Below, in pieces: positions 32,748 to 42,066 of a DNA stretch of 64,000 bases (positions within the stretch are counted from its first letter, which is position 1; every line of letters begins with the position of its first letter). Under the pieces are notes generated by a model. That model was not told the origin of the DNA. It did no database searches and worked only from the letters and a program-made list of their open reading frames with translations. The position numbers and the translations under genes are program-made. Source of the DNA: Heliomicrobium sp. (GTDB taxonomy: Bacteria; Acidobacteriota; Blastocatellia; RBC074); NCBI GenBank assembly GCA_021155085.1, contig JAJNQA010000027.1, forward strand, positions 30,058-94,057, read 5' to 3'.

Positions 32748-34019
32748 TCAGACGAAAATGTTCAAGTTGTTGAAATTTCCACCCAGCACCTGTGCCGATT
32801 CCGCCGCCGAGTTGCCGAACCAGCCTTGAATGATTGTTGCGTACACGTCGCGGAAATCAATGTTGTGTTTCAAATTGCCTTGTAACAGATCAGTCAGGTT
32901 CGGATCAGTGCCGTACATCCCGCCTTTCACTTTGCCGCCGATGCAATAAAGATTATTTGCCGTTCCGTGATCGGTGCCGTTGCTGGCGTTGTCGGCGACG
33001 CGGCGGCCAAATTCAGACCAGACCAGAATCAGCACTTTGTCGCCGATGCCGTGCGCGACCAGATCGTCATAAAACGCCTTCAACCCCTCGCTTAAGGTTT
33101 TGTGCAGATTCGGCAGATCCTTGTCCTGATTGGCGTGCGTGTCGTAGCCGCCCTGGCTGATGTAAAAGACGCGCGTGCCCAGTTTCGGGCTTGTCGAAGT
33201 CGCCATCTTGGCAATCAGCTTCAAGCCGCCGGCAAACTGATTGTTTGGATACTGCACGCTGCTCGAATAGCCGGTTGCGGCTTGTCCAACCGAATCGGAA
33301 CTGTTCAGCGCATCCAGCCAGGTGCTTTCGGCCAACTCCGCATAAGTTTTCGATGAAACCTCCGGATTGTCCCAGCGCGCGACGGCAAGCTGATTGTTGC
33401 GGTCGCCGTTGTAGCGGCCATCGGTGTTGAACGCATAACCCGACGGATTGCCTTGCGCGTCCGCGCCGATGCCGGAAATCTTCGCGCCCGGCGCATAAAG
33501 CGTTGTATTGACGCCGCCAATGCCCACCGTGTCGAGCGGATTGTTCCCGTTGCCGAACAGCAGCGAATGCCGCCCTAGCCAGCCTGATTGCGCCGTCACC
33601 GAAGGCGCGGGATCGCCGATGCGGTAAATGTTCCGCGAACCGTCGTGCGACAGATTCGGATTCGGATAATGTACGGATTGAATGACCGCCAGCTTGCCCG
33701 CGTCGGCAATCGGTTTGATTGCGCTCAAATTCGGCGACAAGCCCATCGTCGCTGAACCGTACAATGGCAAGACCTGATTTCGCGGAATCGCCAGCCGCGA
33801 ACGAAAGCTGGCGTACGTGCTGTACTGTCCGAGCGGCACAATCGTGTTGAGCGGATCATTCCCGCCGCCGAGTTCGACGACCACTAGAATTCTGTCTTCG
33901 GCGACCAATTCATGCCGCAAAGCTTCGACGACAGTCACACCGTTTGCCTGCCGGGGAAGAATCATTCCCGCGCCAATTGCGCCCGCACCAGTTTTGATGA
34001 AATCTCTTCGTGTGGTCAT
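32748..34019 (-). CDS. DUF1501 family protein (sulfatase-like, Tat signal)
   Basis: MTTRRDFIKTGAGAIGAG Tat signal; paired with DUF1800 upstream. Confidence 0.8.
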   Translation of the reverse strand: MTTRRDFIKTGAGAIGAGMILPRQANGVTVVEALRHELVAEDRILVVVELGGGNDPLNTIVPLGQYSTYASFRSRLAIPRNQVLPLYGSATMGLSPNLSAIKPIADAGKLAVIQSVHYPNPNLSHDGSRNIYRIGDPAPSVTAQSGWLGRHSLLFGNGNNPLDTVGIGGVNTTLYAPGAKISGIGADAQGNPSGYAFNTDGRYNGDRNNQLAVARWDNPEVSSKTYAELAESTWLDALNSSDSVGQAATGYSSSVQYPNNQFAGGLKLIAKMATSTSPKLGTRVFYISQGGYDTHANQDKDLPNLHKTLSEGLKAFYDDLVAHGIGDKVLILVWSEFGRRVADNASNGTDHGTANNLYCIGGKVKGGMYGTDPNLTDLLQGNLKHNIDFRDVYATIIQGWFGNSAAESAQVLGGNFNNLNIFV

Positions 34020-34037
34020 AAACTCCCCTTCGCAAAT

Positions 34038-34063
34038 GTGGGACAGGCTAAAGCCTGTCCCAC
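34038..34063. repeat. REP-like perfect palindrome GTGGGACAGGC-taaa-GCCTGTCCCAC
   Basis: 11-bp perfect stem, intergenic between DUF1800 and DUF1501. Confidence 0.85.
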
Positions 34064-34078
34064 GTTCAGAAATATTTC

Positions 34079-35611
34079 CTAAAAATTCTGCGCCTCCGGA
34101 CGCGACAGCAGCAGGTGAATCAGCCCCCGCACTTTCTTGTCTTTCGTTGTTGCGTCAAGCGTGAACGTGCCAATCGTACCGTTATCGTTTTTCTTCAGAT
34201 AATCAATCAGCAGTTGGCGAAGCTGCGCGTGAATCGGCCCCTGCACCAGCAGCTTGACGAAATAATCCACCACCTGTTCCGCCGTCGAATTCGCGTTCAA
34301 ACCCGCCGTCGCCAGCACGGTGTCTATTGGAATGCCTGGCGGGGCGGGCGCATTCCCGCGCGCTGTCGTCAGATTGTTGGCGAAGTTGGCGCGCGCGAAC
34401 AGTTGCGAAGTCGTGATCCAGTTCTCCTTGCCGGGCCAGCCGAAAACATCCGGCGGATTCAGCAAGACCATTCCCATCGAGGCAATGCTGGAAGGCGCCG
34501 GAATGTTGAATCCGCCGAAACCGCCGCCGTACAACTGGCGCAAATCCATTGTCGCCTGCGTCAATCGCACGGCGTTGACAGCGTAATACACAGGCCATTT
34601 GACCAGCGCGCGCATCGCCCGGTCAGAGTAAAATTCCTTGGTGTTCAGGAACAGATCGCGCAGGATCAACTTGATGTCGAAATCCGTCCGCAAGGCAACG
34701 GCAGCCAGATGTTCGATGACATGCGGTTCCGGATCGTCGTAGGCGAAATACTCAAACAGCTTCTTGCAAATCATCCGCGCGGCAAAGCTGCGCTGCGGTT
34801 CCCGGTCGAAAATCAAATCCACGATGTCGTCGCCATTGAAATTGCCTACCTGGCCGAAGACCGTCTTGTCGGTGTAATCGTGCCGCTGCGCCGCGCGCGA
34901 AGCATCCGGCGTGGCGGGCGGAACTTCGATGACTGCTGCCGGATCGGTGATGGGACCGTTCTGTTCGTTCATCAATTCCTTGTCGAACTGGCAGAACATC
35001 AAATTGTCGCCGCACTTCAAGCCCCAGCCGGTGAACGCCCGCGCCGCCTGCTGCACATCCGGTTCGGTGTATCCGCCCGCGAAAAAAGCGTCCAACCCGA
35101 GCGTGAAAATCTCAAACAGTTCGCGCGCATAGTTTTCATTCGGCGAGCCTTTGACGTTCAGATAATTGTCCAGCCACCACAGCATCGCCGGATCGCGGTT
35201 GATGGCTTTGACCAGCGCGCGGAAATTGCCGGTGGCGTGCTGGCGAAAGGTCAGGTTTTGCCAGTACAGATATTTGTAGCCGTTCGGCGCGCCAACTTTG
35301 CTGACTGCGGTTGCAAAATGATCGTGCCAGAAAATGACCATCCGCTCCTGCAATGGGCGGCGCGTTTTGACCATTCGTTCCAGCCACCACGAAGCCGTGT
35401 CTTCAATCGTCAGCAAGCGGATATTGAACGTTCCGTCGCGCGTCGTCGGCGTAGCGGGAATCGCGGGGTTTTCTACGACGGTTTCGTAGTTGATCAGTTG
35501 CTCCACCGTCGCCGCGAATCCTAGCTTCAAATAGTTTTCGATCTCATCCGGCCTTGCGCCAAACCCGGCGCGGCGCAGCAGATGCGCCATTCTGTCATAT
35601 TGAGTGGGCAT
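34079..35611 (-). CDS. DUF1800 family protein
   Basis: N-term MPTQYDRMAHLLRRAGFGARPDE signature; GGAG SD. Confidence 0.8.
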   Translation of the reverse strand: MPTQYDRMAHLLRRAGFGARPDEIENYLKLGFAATVEQLINYETVVENPAIPATPTTRDGTFNIRLLTIEDTASWWLERMVKTRRPLQERMVIFWHDHFATAVSKVGAPNGYKYLYWQNLTFRQHATGNFRALVKAINRDPAMLWWLDNYLNVKGSPNENYARELFEIFTLGLDAFFAGGYTEPDVQQAARAFTGWGLKCGDNLMFCQFDKELMNEQNGPITDPAAVIEVPPATPDASRAAQRHDYTDKTVFGQVGNFNGDDIVDLIFDREPQRSFAARMICKKLFEYFAYDDPEPHVIEHLAAVALRTDFDIKLILRDLFLNTKEFYSDRAMRALVKWPVYYAVNAVRLTQATMDLRQLYGGGFGGFNIPAPSSIASMGMVLLNPPDVFGWPGKENWITTSQLFARANFANNLTTARGNAPAPPGIPIDTVLATAGLNANSTAEQVVDYFVKLLVQGPIHAQLRQLLIDYLKKNDNGTIGTFTLDATTKDKKVRGLIHLLLSRPEAQNF

Positions 35612-35857
35612 AAAATTTCTCCGAAATCGGCCATCAATTGTTCAGTTGATCCGCTGAAACAACGTCACAAACCGTGCATTTCGGTCAGGAAAGGAAGGCT
35701 TCCGATAGTTTTATTCCGTTTCCAGCATTGACCGGAGATGTGGTACAAAGCGCTGGCGGTTGACGCTTTCAGACAGTGAGTCTTGAACGATGTCATCTCG
35801 CTGCCACTCACCAACTCCATTCGATAACTTTGTTCAGTCAATCCAGGAGGTGTTTCG

Positions 35858-36403
35858 ATGGTTAGAACTGCTCAGCTACTTAAGCAAACTTTCGCCGCGA
35901 TCTTGGCAACTTTATGCCTGTTTTCACTGACGACCGGAACTCAGGTTATTCAGGCGGCTCAGCAGGAGCGAACTTGTAAGGTCTATGAGCAAAGTATACC
36001 CAAAGGTGTGCTTGAGATCACGAAGATCAATAATCTTCAGTCGCCTTCGTTTCCCCAGGATTTTGAAGTTGAGGTGAAGAACATCTCAAACAAGCCGATT
36101 TATTACATCAACATAAACGCCACTCTTCCAGAAGCCTCGCCATACGGATTTATCCTGAAGTATGGCAGACGAGAGATCGCTGGTTTTGAACTTGCGGAAG
36201 AAAAAGATGTCCCCCTCCTTCCTGGTAAATCTGTAATTCTGGGGACCGACACGCCGCTGCGACAGAATAGAATGCCGAGGTTTAAAGACAATGATGCCGA
36301 ATGGGCCAGAGCAATGAGCCGAGTCAATGTGTCTTTTCAGTATCTACACTTCGGGGATGGAACTGGGTACATGATGAGCAAGCCTTATCCGCGCAAAAAT
36401 TAA
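35858..36403 (+). CDS. hypothetical secreted protein (181 aa) in AT-rich islet
   Basis: signal peptide; lower GC than surroundings. Confidence 0.5.
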   Translation: MVRTAQLLKQTFAAILATLCLFSLTTGTQVIQAAQQERTCKVYEQSIPKGVLEITKINNLQSPSFPQDFEVEVKNISNKPIYYININATLPEASPYGFILKYGRREIAGFELAEEKDVPLLPGKSVILGTDTPLRQNRMPRFKDNDAEWARAMSRVNVSFQYLHFGDGTGYMMSKPYPRKN

Positions 36404-36420
36404 GTCTTCACTTCTTGGAC

Positions 36421-36468
36421 AAAAGAAATGGGCGGCAATTGACTGTTGCTGCCCATTTCTTTTGCTTT
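36421..36468 (+). terminator. rho-independent terminator (18-bp stem AAAAGAAATGGGCGGCAA/TTGCTGCCCATTTCTTTT + T-tract)
   Basis: near-perfect 18-bp stem followed by TTTTGCTTTGC. Confidence 0.75.
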
Positions 36469-36578
36469 GCTGGCGGAATGGGTTGATCGCAATGATGACG
36501 CGAGTTTGCATTGTTTTGTCTGATTGGGGACGTGCTATGCTTCCGCCACAATGTTGACTGAGAAAATTGGAGGCTACG

Positions 36579-36806
36579 ATGATTCGGACGATTGAAGCTC
36601 CGCAAATTCAGGTGGAATGGCTAAAGCTGCTCGAAGCTGCAAGTCGAGGCGAGGAGATCATAATCACGCGCGATACCCAACCCGTCGCCAAGCTTGCGCC
36701 AGTAAGCCATGGTGATGGTGATTTACGCTACGGCAGCGCCAAAGGCCTGGTCACAATTCATCCGGATTTTGATGCGCCGATTGAAGGATTTGAGGAGTAT
36801 CAGTAA
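36579..36806 (+). CDS. type II antitoxin, Phd/YefM-VapB-like
   Basis: GGAGG SD; MIRTIEAPQIQVEWLKLLEAASRGEEIIITRDTQPVAKLAPV; stop overlaps toxin start. Confidence 0.7.
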   Translation: MIRTIEAPQIQVEWLKLLEAASRGEEIIITRDTQPVAKLAPVSHGDGDLRYGSAKGLVTIHPDFDAPIEGFEEYQ

Positions 36807-37192
36807 TGCGGTTGCTCTTGGACACGCACGCGCTGCTGTGGTTCGTCAGCGCGGATCCCAAACTCAGCCTGCCTGCGCAACAAGCCATTGCGGATCCCCG
36901 AAATCAGAAATTCGTCAGCATCGTCAGCCTTTGGGAAATTGCAATCAAACACAGTTTGGGCAGGTTGGATTTGCAAATGCCGCTTGCTGATTTCATTAAC
37001 CAGCATCTGACGCCAGGGAAGATCACGCTTTTGTCCATGAGCATTCCTCATCTGCTGAAAGTTGATTTGCTCCCGCACCTTCACCGCGACCCATTTGATC
37101 GCTTGTTGATCGCTCAAGCTTTGACCGAAAACTTATTGCTGGTGAGCGCTGACGCCGCATTTGATCAATATGGTGTGCCACTGATTTGGTGA
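36806..37192 (+). CDS. vapC: type II toxin VapC (PIN domain RNase)
   Basis: MRLLLDTHALLWF...PIN acidic residues D6, E, D. Confidence 0.8.
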   Translation: MRLLLDTHALLWFVSADPKLSLPAQQAIADPRNQKFVSIVSLWEIAIKHSLGRLDLQMPLADFINQHLTPGKITLLSMSIPHLLKVDLLPHLHRDPFDRLLIAQALTENLLLVSADAAFDQYGVPLIW

Positions 37193-37269
37193 TTGTAAAC
37201 GGGCAGCGAGAATCAGTCTCTGCCCGTCAAATTTGCTGCTCCGGCAAAGTAGTTTGAAAGAAGACCAAT

Positions 37270-38823
37270 TCAGAAGGAATTTTTGATATTAAACGAATCA
37301 GGCTCGTCGGCCATCGAGTTGATGACGTTTAACTGCCCGCCCGTGAATTCAAACACCTTCCACAACGTCCCGCCGCCGGTTGGAGCCGTGAATACCCGCA
37401 CTTGGCTGTTTCCGCTGTACACCCGAACTACCACGCCGGATTGCGCGATGCCGGTGCTGCCATTCGTGTCACGGTTGGTGTAGTTGTGAATCGAGAAGCG
37501 ATAGGTGCTGGTTGCGTTTGGAGTAAAAGTCACGGTTTCTGGGCCGGGGCTGCTGCCGTCAATGTCCAGCATCGTGGTCATGGGGGTGAGCAAATCCGTC
37601 GGTTCCAGCCACCAGACGTGGAAGCGGGAATTGCCGGAAGCCGGGCCGGTCATATGCGCGTCGAGGTCAATCGCGCTTTGCCAGGTGACGATGACTCTGT
37701 ATTGCCCGGCGGCGAGCGGGGCTGTCAGCGCAAAGTTGGCGGTGCCTGTCTGGCCTCCGGTGACCATCGCCGATTGCGAGGCGGTAATGAAGCCATTGGC
37801 GGCGGCGGACAAATTGTAGCTGCCCGGATTGATGACGTAGAGATTGAATTTGCCCAGTACGTCGGTCGTGGCTGTGCGCGTGGTGCCGTTGCCAGTGGGT
37901 TGCAGGCTGACGCTTGCGCCCGCGAGCGGCGCGCCGCTGACCGCATTGAGCACGGTGCCGCCAACGGTGCCGAATTCATTGCGGTTCACGATGGCCAGCG
38001 TGGTTGAAAGGCTCTGTTTGCCTTTCAACGAGACAGTAAAAGGCGTTTTCAGATTGGTCGGCAGGCTGGCCGGAATCACCGCGTTGATCTGCCACAGGCC
38101 GACGAAGCCGGGCGCGAGTCCGCTGAATTGGACTTCGGCGGCGATGCCGCCAATTGAAACAGAGGTTGTGCCAGTGGCCACAGCTAGCGGATCGCCGGGA
38201 GCCGCGACGCCGTCCGCGACCAGCGGATTGGTGTTGCCGATGCCGGTGGCGTAAATCACCACGACGTTGCCGGAAGCTTCAGGGCGCGCGCCTGGAGATT
38301 TATCGAAATCGGAGTTGGGCGAAAGATCGGAATTCAGCGCAATGGCCTGGTTCTTGCCAGAAAGATCTGTTGTCAAAATTCCGGGCGCGGCTTCGGCGAC
38401 GTTGGCTGTGCCGGTTCCGACTGCGGCGGCAATGCCGTTGTTGAAGACCTGAATGCTGGAGGTCCCGACCGTTGCGCCGCTGGGCACTTGCAGGTTGATC
38501 TGGTTCGGCGAAACGAAAAAGAGCGGCGCGTCAATGCCGTTGATTTTGACCGTCACGCCGCCCAGCGTTTTCGGCAGCGGCACGGTCGACGCGATGACGG
38601 TTTGCGTCGCCATCCCCGCGCCGAACAACGCGCCGATGGAGCCGGGCGCGACCGCCACATCGTAGCTTGCCGCATTGACCAGCGTAACCGTGCCGGCTTG
38701 GGCGGCTTTGGCTGCCGGCGCGAAGTGAGTGGTTGCGGCGGCGGCATAAACAAACAGCGCCAGAACCAGCACTCGCCGCGACCAAGAACAAGCGGATGAA
38801 TTGAAGATTGCTTTAAGCTTCAT
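37270..38823 (-). CDS. secreted protein: N-terminal Solibacter-type domain (SAASY...QINLQVP) + carboxypeptidase-regulatory-like domain
   Basis: signal peptide; VNAASYDVAVAPGSIGALFG...VSPNQINLQVP; GTVLNAVSGAPLAGASVSL... CarbopepD_reg-like. Confidence 0.6.
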   Translation of the reverse strand: MKLKAIFNSSACSWSRRVLVLALFVYAAAATTHFAPAAKAAQAGTVTLVNAASYDVAVAPGSIGALFGAGMATQTVIASTVPLPKTLGGVTVKINGIDAPLFFVSPNQINLQVPSGATVGTSSIQVFNNGIAAAVGTGTANVAEAAPGILTTDLSGKNQAIALNSDLSPNSDFDKSPGARPEASGNVVVIYATGIGNTNPLVADGVAAPGDPLAVATGTTSVSIGGIAAEVQFSGLAPGFVGLWQINAVIPASLPTNLKTPFTVSLKGKQSLSTTLAIVNRNEFGTVGGTVLNAVSGAPLAGASVSLQPTGNGTTRTATTDVLGKFNLYVINPGSYNLSAAANGFITASQSAMVTGGQTGTANFALTAPLAAGQYRVIVTWQSAIDLDAHMTGPASGNSRFHVWWLEPTDLLTPMTTMLDIDGSSPGPETVTFTPNATSTYRFSIHNYTNRDTNGSTGIAQSGVVVRVYSGNSQVRVFTAPTGGGTLWKVFEFTGGQLNVINSMADEPDSFNIKNSF

Positions 38824-38917
38824 CGCAAAACTCCTGTAAAACGTTTATGGCTCGGTCTTCAGGCGGAAGAGTTGCATTGAAAACCGCTTCCGCCTGAAGG
38901 CGGAACTACAAACCTCA

Positions 38918-40216
38918 TCACATCAAAAAGCCCAGATTCGTGAATTGACCGTTGAGCACTTGTTGAGCCTCGGCAGCGGTGTTGCCGAACCAGCTTTGAA
39001 TGATCGTCGAATAGGCATCGCGGAAATCCAGATTGTTTTTCAGGTTTCCGTTTTGCAGATCGTTCAGTTTGGGGTCCGCGCCGTAGGTGCCGCCTTTGAC
39101 ACGGTCGCCGATGCAATAAATATTGTTGGCCTGGCCGTGATCGGTGCCGTCGCTGGCGTTGTCGGCGACACGGCGGCCAAATTCGGACCAGATCATAATC
39201 AGCGTTTTGTCAGCCAGATTATGCGCCACCAGGTCGTCGTAAAACGCTTTCACGGCTTCGGCCAACGCTCTATGCAACGTTGGCTGATCGTTGATTTGGT
39301 CAGCATGCGTGTCATAACCGCCCTGAGTGGCGTAAAAAACGCGCGAACCCAGTTGCGGATTGGTCGAGGTGGCCAGTTTGGCGATCAGTTTCAAGCCGGC
39401 GGCAAGGTTGTTGCCGGTTGGATACGTGATGGTGCTTTGGTAGGTTGCGGCAGCTTGCGCGACCAGGTCGGCGCTGTTCAGCGCATCAAGCTGGGTTGAC
39501 TCAGACAGATCAATGTAAGGTTTGTTGGATTGCGCGTTGTCAACGGTTCTGGCCACGGCGAGTTGATTGTTGCGGTCGCCCGTGTAGCGGTCATCCGTGC
39601 GGAAAAGATAACCGGAGGGATTGCCTTGCGCGTCATTGTTAATTCCAGAGATTTTCGCGCCCGGCGCATACAGCGTTGAATTGACGCCGCCGATGCCGAC
39701 CGTGTCCAGCGAATTCGTCCTGCTGCCGAACAGCGCCGAATGGCGGCCAATCCAGCCCGTGCCGCCCGCCGCCACGCTGCCGGAAGCATTGCCTTGCCGG
39801 TAGATCGAACGCGAGCCGTCGTGCGACAGGTTCGGATTCGGGTAATGGCACATTTGAATGACAGCCAGTTTGCCCGCGTCCGCAATGGGTTTGATCGCGC
39901 TGAGGTTCGGCGACAAGCCCATCGTCGTTGAACCGTACAGCGGCAGCACCTGTTCTTTCGGAATGGCGATGCGCGAACGGAAGCTGGCGTAGGTGTTGTA
40001 CTGTTGCAGCGGCACGATGGTGTTGAGCGGATCGTTGCCGCCGGCCAGTTCGATGATGACCAGGATTTTGTTGTCCGCCTGCAATTCGTCCCGCAGCATT
40101 TGCACCATTGCCTCGCCCCTGGCGTCGGGGTTGAAGACCGGCAGCAGCATTCCTGCACTGAGGCCTGCGCCAACTGCGGCCGTGCCTGTTTTGATGAAAT
40201 CTCTTCGCGTGGTCAT
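38918..40216 (-). CDS. DUF1501 family protein (paralog 2)
   Basis: MTTRRDFIKTGTAAVGAGLSAGMLLP Tat signal; about 60% identical to 32748-34019 product. Confidence 0.8.
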   Translation of the reverse strand: MTTRRDFIKTGTAAVGAGLSAGMLLPVFNPDARGEAMVQMLRDELQADNKILVIIELAGGNDPLNTIVPLQQYNTYASFRSRIAIPKEQVLPLYGSTTMGLSPNLSAIKPIADAGKLAVIQMCHYPNPNLSHDGSRSIYRQGNASGSVAAGGTGWIGRHSALFGSRTNSLDTVGIGGVNSTLYAPGAKISGINNDAQGNPSGYLFRTDDRYTGDRNNQLAVARTVDNAQSNKPYIDLSESTQLDALNSADLVAQAAATYQSTITYPTGNNLAAGLKLIAKLATSTNPQLGSRVFYATQGGYDTHADQINDQPTLHRALAEAVKAFYDDLVAHNLADKTLIMIWSEFGRRVADNASDGTDHGQANNIYCIGDRVKGGTYGADPKLNDLQNGNLKNNLDFRDAYSTIIQSWFGNTAAEAQQVLNGQFTNLGFLM

Positions 40217-40234
40217 AAAATCTCCTTCGCAATT

Positions 40235-40287
40235 GTGGGACAGGCTTCAGCCTGTCGTCAGTGCGGACAGGCTGAAGCCTGTCCCAC
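40235..40287. repeat. two head-to-head REP-like hairpins forming a 53-bp near-perfect super-palindrome
   Basis: GTGGGACAGGC-ttca-GCCTGTCgtcagtgcGGACAGGC-tgaa-GCCTGTCCCAC. Confidence 0.85.
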
Positions 40288-40302
40288 GTTCAGGAATGAC
40301 TT

Positions 40303-41808
40303 CTAAAAATTCTGGCATTCGGGCCGCGACAGCAGCAGATGAATCAAGCCGCGCACCTTTTTGTCTTTCGTCGTCGCATCCAGCGTGAACGTGCCGATGG
40401 ATCCGTTGTCGGTCTTTTTCAGATAATCCACCAGCGCCTGGCGGACGTTTGCCGCCAGCGGACGCTGGATCAGCAGGCTGATGAAGTAATCGGTGACTTG
40501 TTCGGCGGTGGCGTTGGCGCCAAGTCCGCCTGCGGCCAGTACCGTATCAATTGGAATGCCGGTGTTGCCCTGCGTGGTGCTGCGGTTGGTGGCCAGTGCA
40601 TTGGCGAAATTGTCCCGCGCCAGCAGTTGCGCGGTCGTAATCCATTCCTCCTTGCCGGGCCAGCCGAAAACATCCGGTGGATTCAGCAGCGCCATGCCCA
40701 TGGCGTCGAGCGTCGTCTGCTGTTGCTGGACACGCCCGCCGCCGTTCAAACCGCGCGTGATGATCGAAGCTTGAAGTTGCCGCACGGCGTTGACGACGTA
40801 ATACACAGGCCATTTGACCAGCGAATGAATGGCGCGTTCGGAATAGAACTCCTTGGTGTTGAGGAACAGATCGCGCAGGACGAGTTTGATGTTGAAGTTG
40901 TGGCGCAGGGTGACGGCGGCCATGTGCTCGACGACTGCTTCTTCGGGGTTTTCGTAGGCGAAATGTTCGAAGAGCTTTTTGCCGATCATCTTCGCGGCGA
41001 AGGTGCGCTGCGGTTCGTGGTCGAGAATCAAATCCACGATGTCGTCGCCGTTGAAATTGCGCACCACGCCGAAGACTGTCTTGTCGCCGTAATCGTGATT
41101 TCGCGTGGCCGGCGAGTTGTCGTTCGCATTCGGAGGAATGATGACGGCTTGTGCCGGATCAGTCAGCGGGCCGTTCGGATTGTTGTTGACCGGAACATCC
41201 GCGCCGCGCCGGATCGTCCAGCCGGTGAAAGCGCGCGCGGCTTGTTGCACGTCCGGCTCTGTGTAACCCCCCGCGAAGAAGGATTCCAGTCCGAGCATGA
41301 AAATCTCCAACTGCTCGCGGGCATAGTTTTCATTCGGGCTGCCTTTGATGTTCAGGTAGTTGTCCAGCCACCACAGCATTGCCGGGTCGCGGTTGATGGC
41401 TTTGCACATCGCGCGAAAGTCCCCGGTGGCGTATTGCCTGAAAAGCTGGTTTTGCCAGTACAGGTATTTGAGGCCGTTCGGCACGTTGACCTTGCTGGCC
41501 GCCGTTGCGAAATGATCATGCCAGAAAATGGTCATCCGCTCCTGCAGCGGGCGTTTGGTGAAGATCATCCGCGTCAGCCACCAGGAAGTGGTGTTATCCA
41601 GGTCGAGAATTTGAACGTCCAACCCGCCTCCGGTGGTGGTGGGTTGGGCCGGGACATTGGGCGATTCGGCGACGTTTTCGTAATTGATCAGTTGATCCAC
41701 CGTCGTCTCGAAGCCTTGTTTGAGGTAGTTGTTGATTTCGTCGGGACGCGCACCGAACGCGGCTCGACGCCACAGATGCGCCATTCTGTCATAGGCTGAT
41801 ACCGCCAT
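40303..41808 (-). CDS. DUF1800 family protein (paralog 2)
   Basis: MAVSAYDRMAHLWRRAAFGARPDE; AAGGAGGA SD. Confidence 0.8.
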   Translation of the reverse strand: MAVSAYDRMAHLWRRAAFGARPDEINNYLKQGFETTVDQLINYENVAESPNVPAQPTTTGGGLDVQILDLDNTTSWWLTRMIFTKRPLQERMTIFWHDHFATAASKVNVPNGLKYLYWQNQLFRQYATGDFRAMCKAINRDPAMLWWLDNYLNIKGSPNENYAREQLEIFMLGLESFFAGGYTEPDVQQAARAFTGWTIRRGADVPVNNNPNGPLTDPAQAVIIPPNANDNSPATRNHDYGDKTVFGVVRNFNGDDIVDLILDHEPQRTFAAKMIGKKLFEHFAYENPEEAVVEHMAAVTLRHNFNIKLVLRDLFLNTKEFYSERAIHSLVKWPVYYVVNAVRQLQASIITRGLNGGGRVQQQQTTLDAMGMALLNPPDVFGWPGKEEWITTAQLLARDNFANALATNRSTTQGNTGIPIDTVLAAGGLGANATAEQVTDYFISLLIQRPLAANVRQALVDYLKKTDNGSIGTFTLDATTKDKKVRGLIHLLLSRPECQNF

Positions 41809-41829
41809 AACGCTTCCTCCTTGAAAAAC

Positions 41830-41880
41830 GTGGGAGAGGCTTTCGCCAGTCCCACCGTGGACAGACCGAAGCCTGCCCCT
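41830..41880. repeat. degenerate copies of GTGGGA..GGC/GCC..TCCCAC hairpin family
   Basis: GTGGGAGAGGCtttcGCCAGTCCCAC and GGACAGACcgaaGCCTGCCC. Confidence 0.5.
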
Positions 41881-42066
41881 CGCTGTGTTGAGGGCTGCTG
41901 ATGAAATCTGTTTTGTAGAGCTTGCAGCTTGAGAACGATCTGCGCCGCAGTGAACTTTTCCGCGCTTGTCTTGTCGCGCGTCAGATTCACTTCCGCAAGT
42001 CAGCGTTGTTTGGGAGGAGGTCTTTACAAAAAAAGTCTTAAATATTTTTGCGCCGGCTCAATTTAT

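Noticed and set aside
34115-35524. 469-aa + strand ORF
   Set aside because: Antisense to the DUF1800 gene; the same pattern recurs antisense to the second DUF1800 (40339-41799).
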